A stretch of DNA of 64,000 bases, taken from contig OZ223236.1 in the NCBI GenBank assembly GCA_965140445.1, forward strand, positions 3,968,001-4,032,000, in the 5' to 3' direction. The DNA comes from Candidatus Ozemobacteraceae bacterium (GTDB lineage Bacteria; Muiribacteriota; Ozemobacteria; Ozemobacterales; Ozemobacteraceae). Below the pieces are notes generated by a model. That model made no database searches. It worked only from the letters and a program-made list of their open reading frames with translations, and was not told the DNA's origin. Numbering within the stretch: position 1 is the stretch's first letter; the number at the start of each line of letters is the position of its first letter. The position numbers and the translations under genes are program-made. This document shows positions 9,363 through 16,926 of the stretch, piece after piece.

Positions 9363-11303
9363 TTATTTATTTTGAGCTCTTAAATCATCATATTCTTTCT
9401 TGGCCTGATTCATAACACCGGCAACCGCCAAAGCATCTTCCTGTCTGCCCTGATTGAGCATTTCATTATAGAGCTTATAAAGTTCCTGGTATTTTGAATA
9501 AGCAAGCTGAACTTCAGATTCATAACCGCCTATAACCTCAGAGTCTCCTCCGATAATAAGCACATCTTCATCTGAAACGCCTGCTGAAGCAGCACCATTT
9601 GTGTCAGCAACATCGCCGATAGTAACTTCGCCACCAGTGTAGCCACCGAGCGGGTTTGAAGATGTTCCTGGCATTGCGATATCAGGAAGATTCGCAGCTC
9701 CATTTGCATCTTTTCCGAAGAAGCCCGCAACTTTCTGAGCTGCCCAGTTTCCAACATAACCACCCACGATACCACCAACGATGGTTCCAAATGGAGGGAA
9801 GATAGCCGAACCGAGTGTAGCACCCAAAGTTGAACCAATTGTCTGACCGGCTACGCCAACCCAGTCAATTTTCTTGAAAGCTTCACGAATTGAAAATTTA
9901 CCATTTTTAAGATCGCCAGCTGTGTAAGCACCAACTGAAGAACCTACGATTGAACCGAAAGTTGGAGCAAGTGCGCTAAGAGCACCACCAACAACTGGTA
10001 TTGCAGAGAGGAAAGGAACAAAGAATGAACCAGCTGCGGCACCAACTACAGCTCCGCTTACTCCGCCTACAAATTCAGCGCTACATACAGTTTTCAGAGC
10101 TTTTTTAGCGCTAGGTTTTTCGCCGCGCATAATCTGAGTTGCAAGATCAACACCTACTGTAATACCAGCAGTAATCAAAAGATTCTTTGCACTGAAACCT
10201 GATTTCAAACTTGTTTTTACATTATCAAAGCCCTGGTTAACCATGCCTTTTCCAGCATAATATCCAGATTGGAATTTTCCAGAAACCTGATCTTTGAAGC
10301 CTGGTTTTCCATTAGTCTGAGCAACATCATCAGCAACCTGACCAGCTGTTCCAGACTGAGCAATATCGTCAGCAACCTGACCGGCTGTTCCAGACTGTGC
10401 AATATCATCAGCCACAGAACCAGGATCCATTAATCCGCGTTTAATAGCTTCTTCATGAGAAATAAATCGACCAGTCTGAGGATCTCTTGGATGTCTTGAA
10501 GGATCCCAGGCTCTCTTAGTGGTTGTAGTTGTTGTTGAATTTGTGCTTGTAGTGGTGGTTGTGGTTCCTGCCTGAGCAACATCATCAGCTATAGAACCTG
10601 CAGTTCCAGCTTGAGCGATATCGTCAGCTACCTGACCTGCAGTTCCAGCCTGAGCGATATCATCAGCTACCTGACCAGCAGTTCCAGCCTGAGCGATATC
10701 ATCAGCTACCTGACCAGCAGTTCCAGCCTGAGCGATGTCATCAGCTACCTGACCAGCAGTTCCAGCCTGAGCAACATCATCTGCAACAGCACCAGTTGAT
10801 TGCATGAAATCGTCAGCAGTTGTTCCGCCACCGTTCATTGCAAAATCATCAGCTACTGAACCAGCATTGTTTCCACCCAATGGGTTTCCACTAGCTGCTA
10901 CATCATCAGCTACTGAGCCAGCTGTATTTGAACTGGAAGTAGAATTGGTAGAATTGGTGCTAGTAGTGTTAGTAGAATTTGAAGAACTAGTAGAACCTGT
11001 ATTGCTGCTGGCAGCAACATCATCAGCTACTGAACCTGCAACACCTGCATCACCAAAAACAAGTTTGGTATACTGGCTCATTTCAAGAGCAACTGGTCTA
11101 CCATTTACAAATCTAACATTGTAATGTGTAACTTGTGTGCCAGATCTAACTGACACCCACTGACCTGGTGTAACACGAAAGGTTTGCCCGCCAACATTGA
11201 CCGGTATAGTTTCTACCGCCATTAACGGGGCCTGAAGCACTACACTGGCCAGAAGAATGAGGCACATAACTCTACTGAGAACTCTAAGCGTCGATTTTCT
11301 CAT
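9363..11303 (-). CDS. Secreted hypothetical protein with ADD repeats, Ser/Thr-rich linkers and a glycine-zipper hydrophobic domain
   Basis: Likely start is ATG 11303, preceded by AGGAG. Signal peptide MRKSTLRVLSRVMCLILLASVVLQAPLMA. 13 ADD motifs. GxxxGxxxG helices in the C-terminal half. Confidence 0.8.
   Translation of the reverse strand: MRKSTLRVLSRVMCLILLASVVLQAPLMAVETIPVNVGGQTFRVTPGQWVSVRSGTQVTHYNVRFVNGRPVALEMSQYTKLVFGDAGVAGSVADDVAASSNTGSTSSSNSTNTTSTNSTNSTSSSNTAGSVADDVAASGNPLGGNNAGSVADDFAMNGGGTTADDFMQSTGAVADDVAQAGTAGQVADDIAQAGTAGQVADDIAQAGTAGQVADDIAQAGTAGQVADDIAQAGTAGSIADDVAQAGTTTTTTSTNSTTTTTTKRAWDPSRHPRDPQTGRFISHEEAIKRGLMDPGSVADDIAQSGTAGQVADDIAQSGTAGQVADDVAQTNGKPGFKDQVSGKFQSGYYAGKGMVNQGFDNVKTSLKSGFSAKNLLITAGITVGVDLATQIMRGEKPSAKKALKTVCSAEFVGGVSGAVVGAAAGSFFVPFLSAIPVVGGALSALAPTFGSIVGSSVGAYTAGDLKNGKFSIREAFKKIDWVGVAGQTIGSTLGATLGSAIFPPFGTIVGGIVGGYVGNWAAQKVAGFFGKDANGAANLPDIAMPGTSSNPLGGYTGGEVTIGDVADTNGAASAGVSDEDVLIIGGDSEVIGGYESEVQLAYSKYQELYKLYNEMLNQGRQEDALAVAGVMNQAKKEYDDLRAQNK
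10316..10420 (-). repeat. 39-bp coding tandem repeat, second block (about 3 copies; GQVADDIAQSGTA)
   Basis: Repeated ...GTTCCAGACTGAGCAATATCGTCAGCAACCTGACC... units on the + strand. Confidence 0.85.
10564..10790 (-). repeat. 39-bp coding tandem repeat (about 6 copies; GQVADDIAQAGTA)
   Basis: Near-identical + strand unit GTTCCAGCCTGAGCGATATCATCAGCTACCTGACCAGCA. Confidence 0.92.
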
Positions 11304-11476
11304 AAACTCACTCCTTCTGGGTTTCCCCAAATATCATAAAATTCGCCGGGTGTACCGTTGAACTTTCCCTTAATTTTAATGAAAGTTTCAATATACGCAA
11401 GGGCTGAATATATTTTTTTTACAATTTCAAGCTTTTTTGCCCATATTTTTCGCTTATTTTCTAAAAAAAAAATTAA

Positions 11477-12427
11477 TTAAATATATCCGATTCGTTTTTT
11501 TTCATTTAAGCGACTAAATCTATTAGCAATTAAAGCACATACTTTGGCATTATTTTTTACTAAGGCAATATTTGTTTCCAAACTTTTGCCTTCAGTTATT
11601 TCATTTAGCTTTCCTAATAAGAAAGGGGTAACTTTGCTCCCACTAATACCAAGGCTTGAAGCTTCAGTTAAAGCATTAGAAATGCATTTTTCAATTTTTT
11701 CCTTATCAAATTCAAATTCTTCTGGAACAGGATTTCCAATAAGCATTCCTCCTGGATAGCCTAAAAGAATATTCATATCAAAAATCTCAGCCGCCTCTTC
11801 TGGAGTATCTACTCTCCTGACAACAGGCAGTCCACTGTCTCTATAATAAAAAGCTGGGTAAACGTCTGTCTGATAGCCAACTACAGGGACACCTGCTGTT
11901 TCTAAATACTCCATAGTACGTGGAATATCCAAAATAGATTTTGCTCCTGCAGAAACAACTAAAACCTGAGTTCTGGAAAATTCATCTAAATCAGCAGAGA
12001 TATCCATTGTCTCTTCTACCCCTCTGTGAACTCCACCAATTCCGCCCGTAGCGAAAAATTTTATACCGGCAATTGCAGCACAAATCATAGTTGCAGCAAC
12101 CGTGGTGGCGGCATTTTCCTTTAGAGCCAAGTTTATAGGCAAATCTCTCCTGGATGCTTTTTTTACATCTTTTGATTTTCCTAAAAATTCAATTTCCTCT
12201 TTGCTTAGGCCTACTCTGATAACTCCTTCAATTATTGCAATTGTGGCCGGGATTGCACCATTCTCCCTGACAGTTTCTTCAAGCATTAATGCTGTTTCAA
12301 CATTCGCAGGATAAGGCATGCCATGGGAAATAATTGTAGACTCAAGAGCGACAACTGCTCCGCCATTATCAATTGCCTCCTGAACTTCTTCTTTAACAAC
12401 AACAAAATCAAAAATATCTTTAATCAA
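11477..12427 (-). CDS. psuG: Pseudouridine-5'-phosphate glycosidase
   Basis: VVALESTIISHGMPYP, KASRRD, ATTVAATM, FATGGIGGVHRG, DISADL and VTPFLL. TTG start with GGAG RBS. Confidence 0.95.
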   Translation of the reverse strand: MIKDIFDFVVVKEEVQEAIDNGGAVVALESTIISHGMPYPANVETALMLEETVRENGAIPATIAIIEGVIRVGLSKEEIEFLGKSKDVKKASRRDLPINLALKENAATTVAATMICAAIAGIKFFATGGIGGVHRGVEETMDISADLDEFSRTQVLVVSAGAKSILDIPRTMEYLETAGVPVVGYQTDVYPAFYYRDSGLPVVRRVDTPEEAAEIFDMNILLGYPGGMLIGNPVPEEFEFDKEKIEKCISNALTEASSLGISGSKVTPFLLGKLNEITEGKSLETNIALVKNNAKVCALIANRFSRLNEKKRIGYI

Positions 12428-12906
12428 AGTTTTTCTCCGCTATTAACATTTTTATGATAGACGCAAAAAAAATTAATGCATTGGTTACTCTTGCAACAAA
12501 TTCCATTTTCAATTTTAACGGCCCATCGAGGGATCTCTATTTCCTGAAAATTATTTAAAAATTCTAGAAGCTCTTTAGATTGATTAGAATCTTCCTCTAA
12601 AATATCAGTTTGAAACTTGGAGGAATTACACCAGTACACATAGGTCAAATCTTGCAGATCATTTTTTTCAACAGAACTATCCTGCTTGTGGCCACATTCC
12701 TCACAGATTAAAAAGAGCTTCTCATCTCTTGGCAACAAAAGTCTCCCGTTAGATTGACAGACCGGGCAAGCCCCGCAAAAAACCCAATATTTAGTATTTT
12801 TGGGTTCTTCCGGTAATGGGTCATCTACTTCTCCTATACCCACGAAAATGGTTTTTCCTTTATTATCCAAAAGACATTTCTCCTTTGCAGGATAAAATTT
12901 TAGCAC
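12424..12906 (-). CDS. Cys-rich hypothetical protein (possible zinc ribbon)
   Basis: CGACPVC, CEECGH and C-terminal CC..C..C..H. Its stop overlaps the psuG start (TTGA). Confidence 0.6.
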   Translation of the reverse strand: MLKFYPAKEKCLLDNKGKTIFVGIGEVDDPLPEEPKNTKYWVFCGACPVCQSNGRLLLPRDEKLFLICEECGHKQDSSVEKNDLQDLTYVYWCNSSKFQTDILEEDSNQSKELLEFLNNFQEIEIPRWAVKIENGICCKSNQCINFFCVYHKNVNSGEKL

Positions 12907-13582
12907 TTGAATAGCTTTATTGGCAACAAATCAGATGCTTCAATTAATAGTGGTTAAATTCCTGGTTTACTGCACCCTTTCTTGCTTATCATTTTTCTGA
13001 TATTTTCTGCAGGCTAATTTTTCTCTAAAACAAACTCCTACATTCTTAAGAAAATATGGATACAAATTTTCGCTCATCGCCCCAAATCTTTTTTTGTCTC
13101 AAATAGACTTTAAAGAAAATTTAAATTAAATCTGGTCTAAATTTTTGTAAAATTTAATTTCCAGCTTAGTAGAAAAAACAGTAAAAAGAAAATAGTCTAC
13201 AGATTTGCTTATTTTTCAGTTTAAGAAATTTTTAAAATTTCTTTTTCTTCCTTACCAAATTTCAACCTGGAATTTTATAAGGGATTGGCGAAAAAAATAA
13301 TGGTATGCAGGAAAACATAAGATTCGTGTCAAAAAGCAAACTCAATGCTTTAAACTTTTTTTTATTTACTTTCACAATCATTCCTGCTGCCAAATTCTTA
13401 TACCCCTTGCTTTTTCGATAAATTATTTTTTATTTTACAGAAAATATAAATTTATTGCCCTGCAGAGGTTTTTCATGGTAAATAAATATTTATTTTTTTC
13501 TAAAAACATAAACAACCTACTTAAAGGCCTGGCTACAAAAGTTCCATAGACTCAGAAATTATAGCTGCAAAATGTGAAAAGG

Positions 13583-13618
13583 AAAAGCCCTCGCTCAATT
13601 CAATTTGAGCGAGGGCTT
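13583..13618 (-). terminator. Intrinsic terminator downstream of the 13691-15010 gene
   Basis: Perfect 14-bp stem AAGCCCTCGCTCAA / TTGAGCGAGGGCTT; T tract on the minus strand. Confidence 0.8.
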
Positions 13619-13690
13619 AAAAGCTTTATTTACGAGGTTAAAGAGGGCTTCTTAAGCAATCTTTGCTAATAAAGCCTGGGGTCCAGTGTA

Positions 13691-15010
13691 TCAATTTACA
13701 TTTCTTAACCAGGCGCCTGATCTGATCAGCTCTTGGATTCTCATGCTAAATCCGCTTCCCGAGCCTTTATAGGAGCTAGCATTGTCCAGTGTATTAGGAT
13801 TGTTAAAGCTACTAACAGTTACAGTATCAGGAGTTTCAATCTTAACTCCTTCAACAGCAATCGTTTCGTTTTTGTTATCTTCAACGACTGGAGAAACCAC
13901 TTCAACAGCTGGTGTATTCTCTTTTACAGCAGATTTAGAGGTGTTTCTAAGCATCTTTACCATATCGTTGAGTCTTACAAGGCAAGGAGCCATTTTTCTT
14001 TTGTTGCCCTGACTAGGTAATACAAGAGATCTCTTAGAAGCCTGTGCTTCTCTTCTGGCTTTGTTCTTACGAAGTTTTGCAAGCGCTCTCTGAAAAGGCT
14101 TAGCAACAACTTTTTTAACAGCAACAACTTGCTCTTTTTCAGTAGCTGCTTCCTGAGCCATAACTTTGTTAACGATTGAATCTTCTTTTATTTCAATTTT
14201 AACGGCCTTTAGAGACAACTTACGTGGCTTTGAGACTACCGGGTCGCATTTAATAGATTTAATCTCTACACGGCCCTCATTCATCTCAACCTTTAATGGC
14301 TTACTGAACCAGTTCCACTCAGGTGGTATCTGGGAAATATCTTCCTTAACAGCTCTTCTTCTCTTAGCTGGTTTAGCTTTTGGAGCTACCATAGCTTTTT
14401 TAGGTTCAGAATTAACTTTTTTTGTTACTTTTGGAGCTGGTTTGGAAACCACCTTAATAGAGACTTGAGGGGAACTTTTAGGAGTAGCTTTTGGAGCAGG
14501 CTTTGAAACTACTTTTGGAGCAGGTTTAGGCTCAGCTTTTTTAGCCTCAACAACTGCTGCTTTTGCCACAACCTCTGGCTTTTCGATCTTCTTTTCTTCT
14601 TTAGCTACAACAGAGGTTTCAGCTTTTTTTACCAGTTCTTCTTTAACTACAGGGGCAACCTTAACCTCTTGAGTTTTTGCAACAGCTTTCTTAACTTCAA
14701 CAACCTTTGCAGGCTCTTTACTAAGTTTTTCGATTCTCGCAGGGGCTGCTTGTTTTTTCTCAAGTTTAACCACAGCTTTTCTCACGTCTTTTTTAGCCGC
14801 AACTGCCTGGGCCATTTCCATAGGTGGCGGAACCACTTTTGGCATGTTTAAAGACGGAGGCATAACCGGGGTTTCCAGCGCAGCGGCCGCACCTCTCAGT
14901 GAGTTTTCGTCAGACCAAAGCTGTACAGCTAAAAAACTGGCTGACAATATAAACAGGACTCCCAAAGAAAGTAAAAATGGGAGCCCTGGTTGTCGTTTAA
15001 GCAATTTCAT
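13691..15010 (-). CDS. Membrane-anchored Lys/Ala/Pro/Val-rich hypothetical protein
   Basis: N-terminal TM (FLLSLGVLFILSASFLAVQLW), low-complexity KPAPK region, GGAGG RBS. Confidence 0.8.
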   Translation of the reverse strand: MKLLKRQPGLPFLLSLGVLFILSASFLAVQLWSDENSLRGAAAALETPVMPPSLNMPKVVPPPMEMAQAVAAKKDVRKAVVKLEKKQAAPARIEKLSKEPAKVVEVKKAVAKTQEVKVAPVVKEELVKKAETSVVAKEEKKIEKPEVVAKAAVVEAKKAEPKPAPKVVSKPAPKATPKSSPQVSIKVVSKPAPKVTKKVNSEPKKAMVAPKAKPAKRRRAVKEDISQIPPEWNWFSKPLKVEMNEGRVEIKSIKCDPVVSKPRKLSLKAVKIEIKEDSIVNKVMAQEAATEKEQVVAVKKVVAKPFQRALAKLRKNKARREAQASKRSLVLPSQGNKRKMAPCLVRLNDMVKMLRNTSKSAVKENTPAVEVVSPVVEDNKNETIAVEGVKIETPDTVTVSSFNNPNTLDNASSYKGSGSGFSMRIQELIRSGAWLRNVN

Positions 15011-15070
15011 TATTGATTAAGCCCTCCCAGGGATTTCCGGGTAAGTTAAGATACTTATTATAGAACAATA

Positions 15071-15098
15071 ATTCTATGTACAACCGGGTGTTTGTCAA
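15071..15098 (-). promoter_or_regulatory. Sigma70-type promoter for the 15010 gene
   Basis: Minus strand TTGACA-16 bp-TAGAAT. Confidence 0.6.
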
Positions 15099-15198
15099 GA
15101 ATTTTCAGACTGTTTTCGAAGCGTTTAAGCTCAAAAACTAGAAAATTTCAGAAACAAACCATTCACTGGGAAAGCAAAGCAGAGGGCACAAATGTGCC

Positions 15199-15765
15199 TT
15201 ATTTTTTCGCTCTTTCCAGATAATCACCGGTTCGAGTATCAACCCGAATAATTTCACCAGCTTCAATAAACATTGGAACAGTTACTACATGACCACCCGC
15301 ACAGGTTACAGGTTTGTTACCGCCACTGGCAGTATTCCCTTTCACATTTGGCGGAGCATCAACAACTTCAAGCTCTACGGAAGGCGGCAATTCAATATCT
15401 ATGGCCAATCCATCATGGATTTTAACATACAAGGACATTTCTTCCATCAAAAATTTGATAGAATCACCTAATATACTCTTATCCATTTCCATTTGTTCAT
15501 AGGTTTCAATATCCATGAAATGCAGGAAATTATCTGAAGTATACAGGTATTGCATTTGTCTTGTCTCTACAGTAGCTTCTTCAACCTTCTCAGTTGTCTG
15601 AAAACGTTGTTGAAATATTGCCCCTGTTTTAAGGCTTTTCAATTTTGATTGCGCCATGGCTCTCCAGTTACCTGGTCGAACAAATTCGACTTCAGTTACC
15701 TGGCAAAGTTCGTTGTTGTGCATGATAACCATGCCTTTTCTCAGGTCATTTGCAGTGATTGTCAT
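15199..15765 (-). CDS. efp: Translation elongation factor P (PGN loop variant)
   Basis: NDLRKGM, QYLY..D..HFMD.ETYEQ, KGNTASGGNKP and VPMFIEAGEIIRVDTRTGDYLERA. The loop is RPGNWR rather than KPGKG. Confidence 0.96.
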   Translation of the reverse strand: MTITANDLRKGMVIMHNNELCQVTEVEFVRPGNWRAMAQSKLKSLKTGAIFQQRFQTTEKVEEATVETRQMQYLYTSDNFLHFMDIETYEQMEMDKSILGDSIKFLMEEMSLYVKIHDGLAIDIELPPSVELEVVDAPPNVKGNTASGGNKPVTCAGGHVVTVPMFIEAGEIIRVDTRTGDYLERAKK

Positions 15766-16101
15766 TGACTATCTCTCCTGGCTGGATTGGTATCGGCAGA
15801 GTATATCATATTTTTCACCATAATTTTAGGATTTTTTAATCGAACCGAAAATCAATCATTTTTATGATAAACCATATAAAAATAAAACGTTTTTATAATT
15901 TTAAACAAAACTCTTATTTAATATCATTTTTAAACAAACTTAATCATTATTTAAAAAATATTATCACTTCATCAATTCAAATTTCCCGCAAAACTCCATA
16001 ATATAGAACGGCCCTAAGATTTCTCTCCTATTCTACCGATATTACTCTGTAAGAACTTTTCATTCCCGATTTCACACCAACCAGACTACACGGAGGAAAT
16101 T

Positions 16102-16926
16102 TTGAACAGCGGCGTAATCAACGGAATAATTCAAGGAACAATCCAAGGACTAACGGAATTTCTTCCCGTTTCGAGTTCAGGGCATCTAACCCTTTTTCAA
16201 CACTTTACGAATCAAACCAACCTGGAAGCAAATATGTCGATGGACATTTCTGTTCATTTAGGCACCCTGTTCGCCGTTGCATTTTACTTTCGCAACGACC
16301 TGATTCCCTTTTTTAAGCCATCAAACTGGAAAAATGAAAAGATCCGCAAAACAGCCCTTTTGATTATTGCAGCGACAATACCTACCGGACTCATTGGAAT
16401 TGGCTTCAAAAAACAATTTGAAGCTCTGTTTGCTTCCCCGGTCCTGGTTTGTGTTGCGCTTTTTTTGACAGGCTTGATTCTTCTAATTTCTGAAAAACGC
16501 AAAAATTCAGCAGATCAAACAAAAGAAATTTCCGATTTGAGTCTAAAGAACGCCGTTGCAATTGGAATAGCCCAAGGCTTTGCAATCACCCCAGGCATTT
16601 CTCGATCTGGCTCAACCATCAGCGCAGGCCTGCTTTCAAAGCTAACAGGAGAAGACGCTGCAAAATTTTCATTTTTACTTATGATTCCAGCCGTAAGTGG
16701 CGCAACCCTGCTTGAAGTGCGAAAAATATTAAAAGCGGGTCTTCCCGATGGGGTCGACTGGGCATCTTTAACTTCAGGTTTTTCCGCTTCCCTTATCGTT
16801 GGCTTTTTAGCCTTAAATCTTCTTGTGTATATAATCAAAAAACAAAAGCTTAGCTTGTTCTCATACTACCTTTTCGCTGTTTCTATCGTATGTGGAACAC
16901 TTATTCTATTCCCGGGGATAATGTAA
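16102..16926 (+). CDS. uppP: Undecaprenyl-diphosphate phosphatase
   Basis: QGLTEFLPVSSSGHL, HLGT, PGISRSGSTI and AAKFSFLL. TTG start with GGAGG RBS. Confidence 0.95.
   Translation: MNSGVINGIIQGTIQGLTEFLPVSSSGHLTLFQHFTNQTNLEANMSMDISVHLGTLFAVAFYFRNDLIPFFKPSNWKNEKIRKTALLIIAATIPTGLIGIGFKKQFEALFASPVLVCVALFLTGLILLISEKRKNSADQTKEISDLSLKNAVAIGIAQGFAITPGISRSGSTISAGLLSKLTGEDAAKFSFLLMIPAVSGATLLEVRKILKAGLPDGVDWASLTSGFSASLIVGFLALNLLVYIIKKQKLSLFSYYLFAVSIVCGTLILFPGIM

Noticed and set aside
10316..10790. 39-bp repeats as a CRISPR array
   Set aside because: The units are contiguous with no unique spacers, are in frame, vary at synonymous positions, and no cas genes are present.
15766..16101. AT-rich efp/uppP intergenic region as tRNA, ncRNA or origin
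   Set aside because: No cloverleaf, T-loop motif, stable stem or iterons are visible; it is consistent with an ordinary divergent promoter region.
16890..16925. Longer FtsK start in the ORF track
   Set aside because: It overlaps uppP by 37 bp; the TAATG-coupled ATG at 16926 is more plausible.
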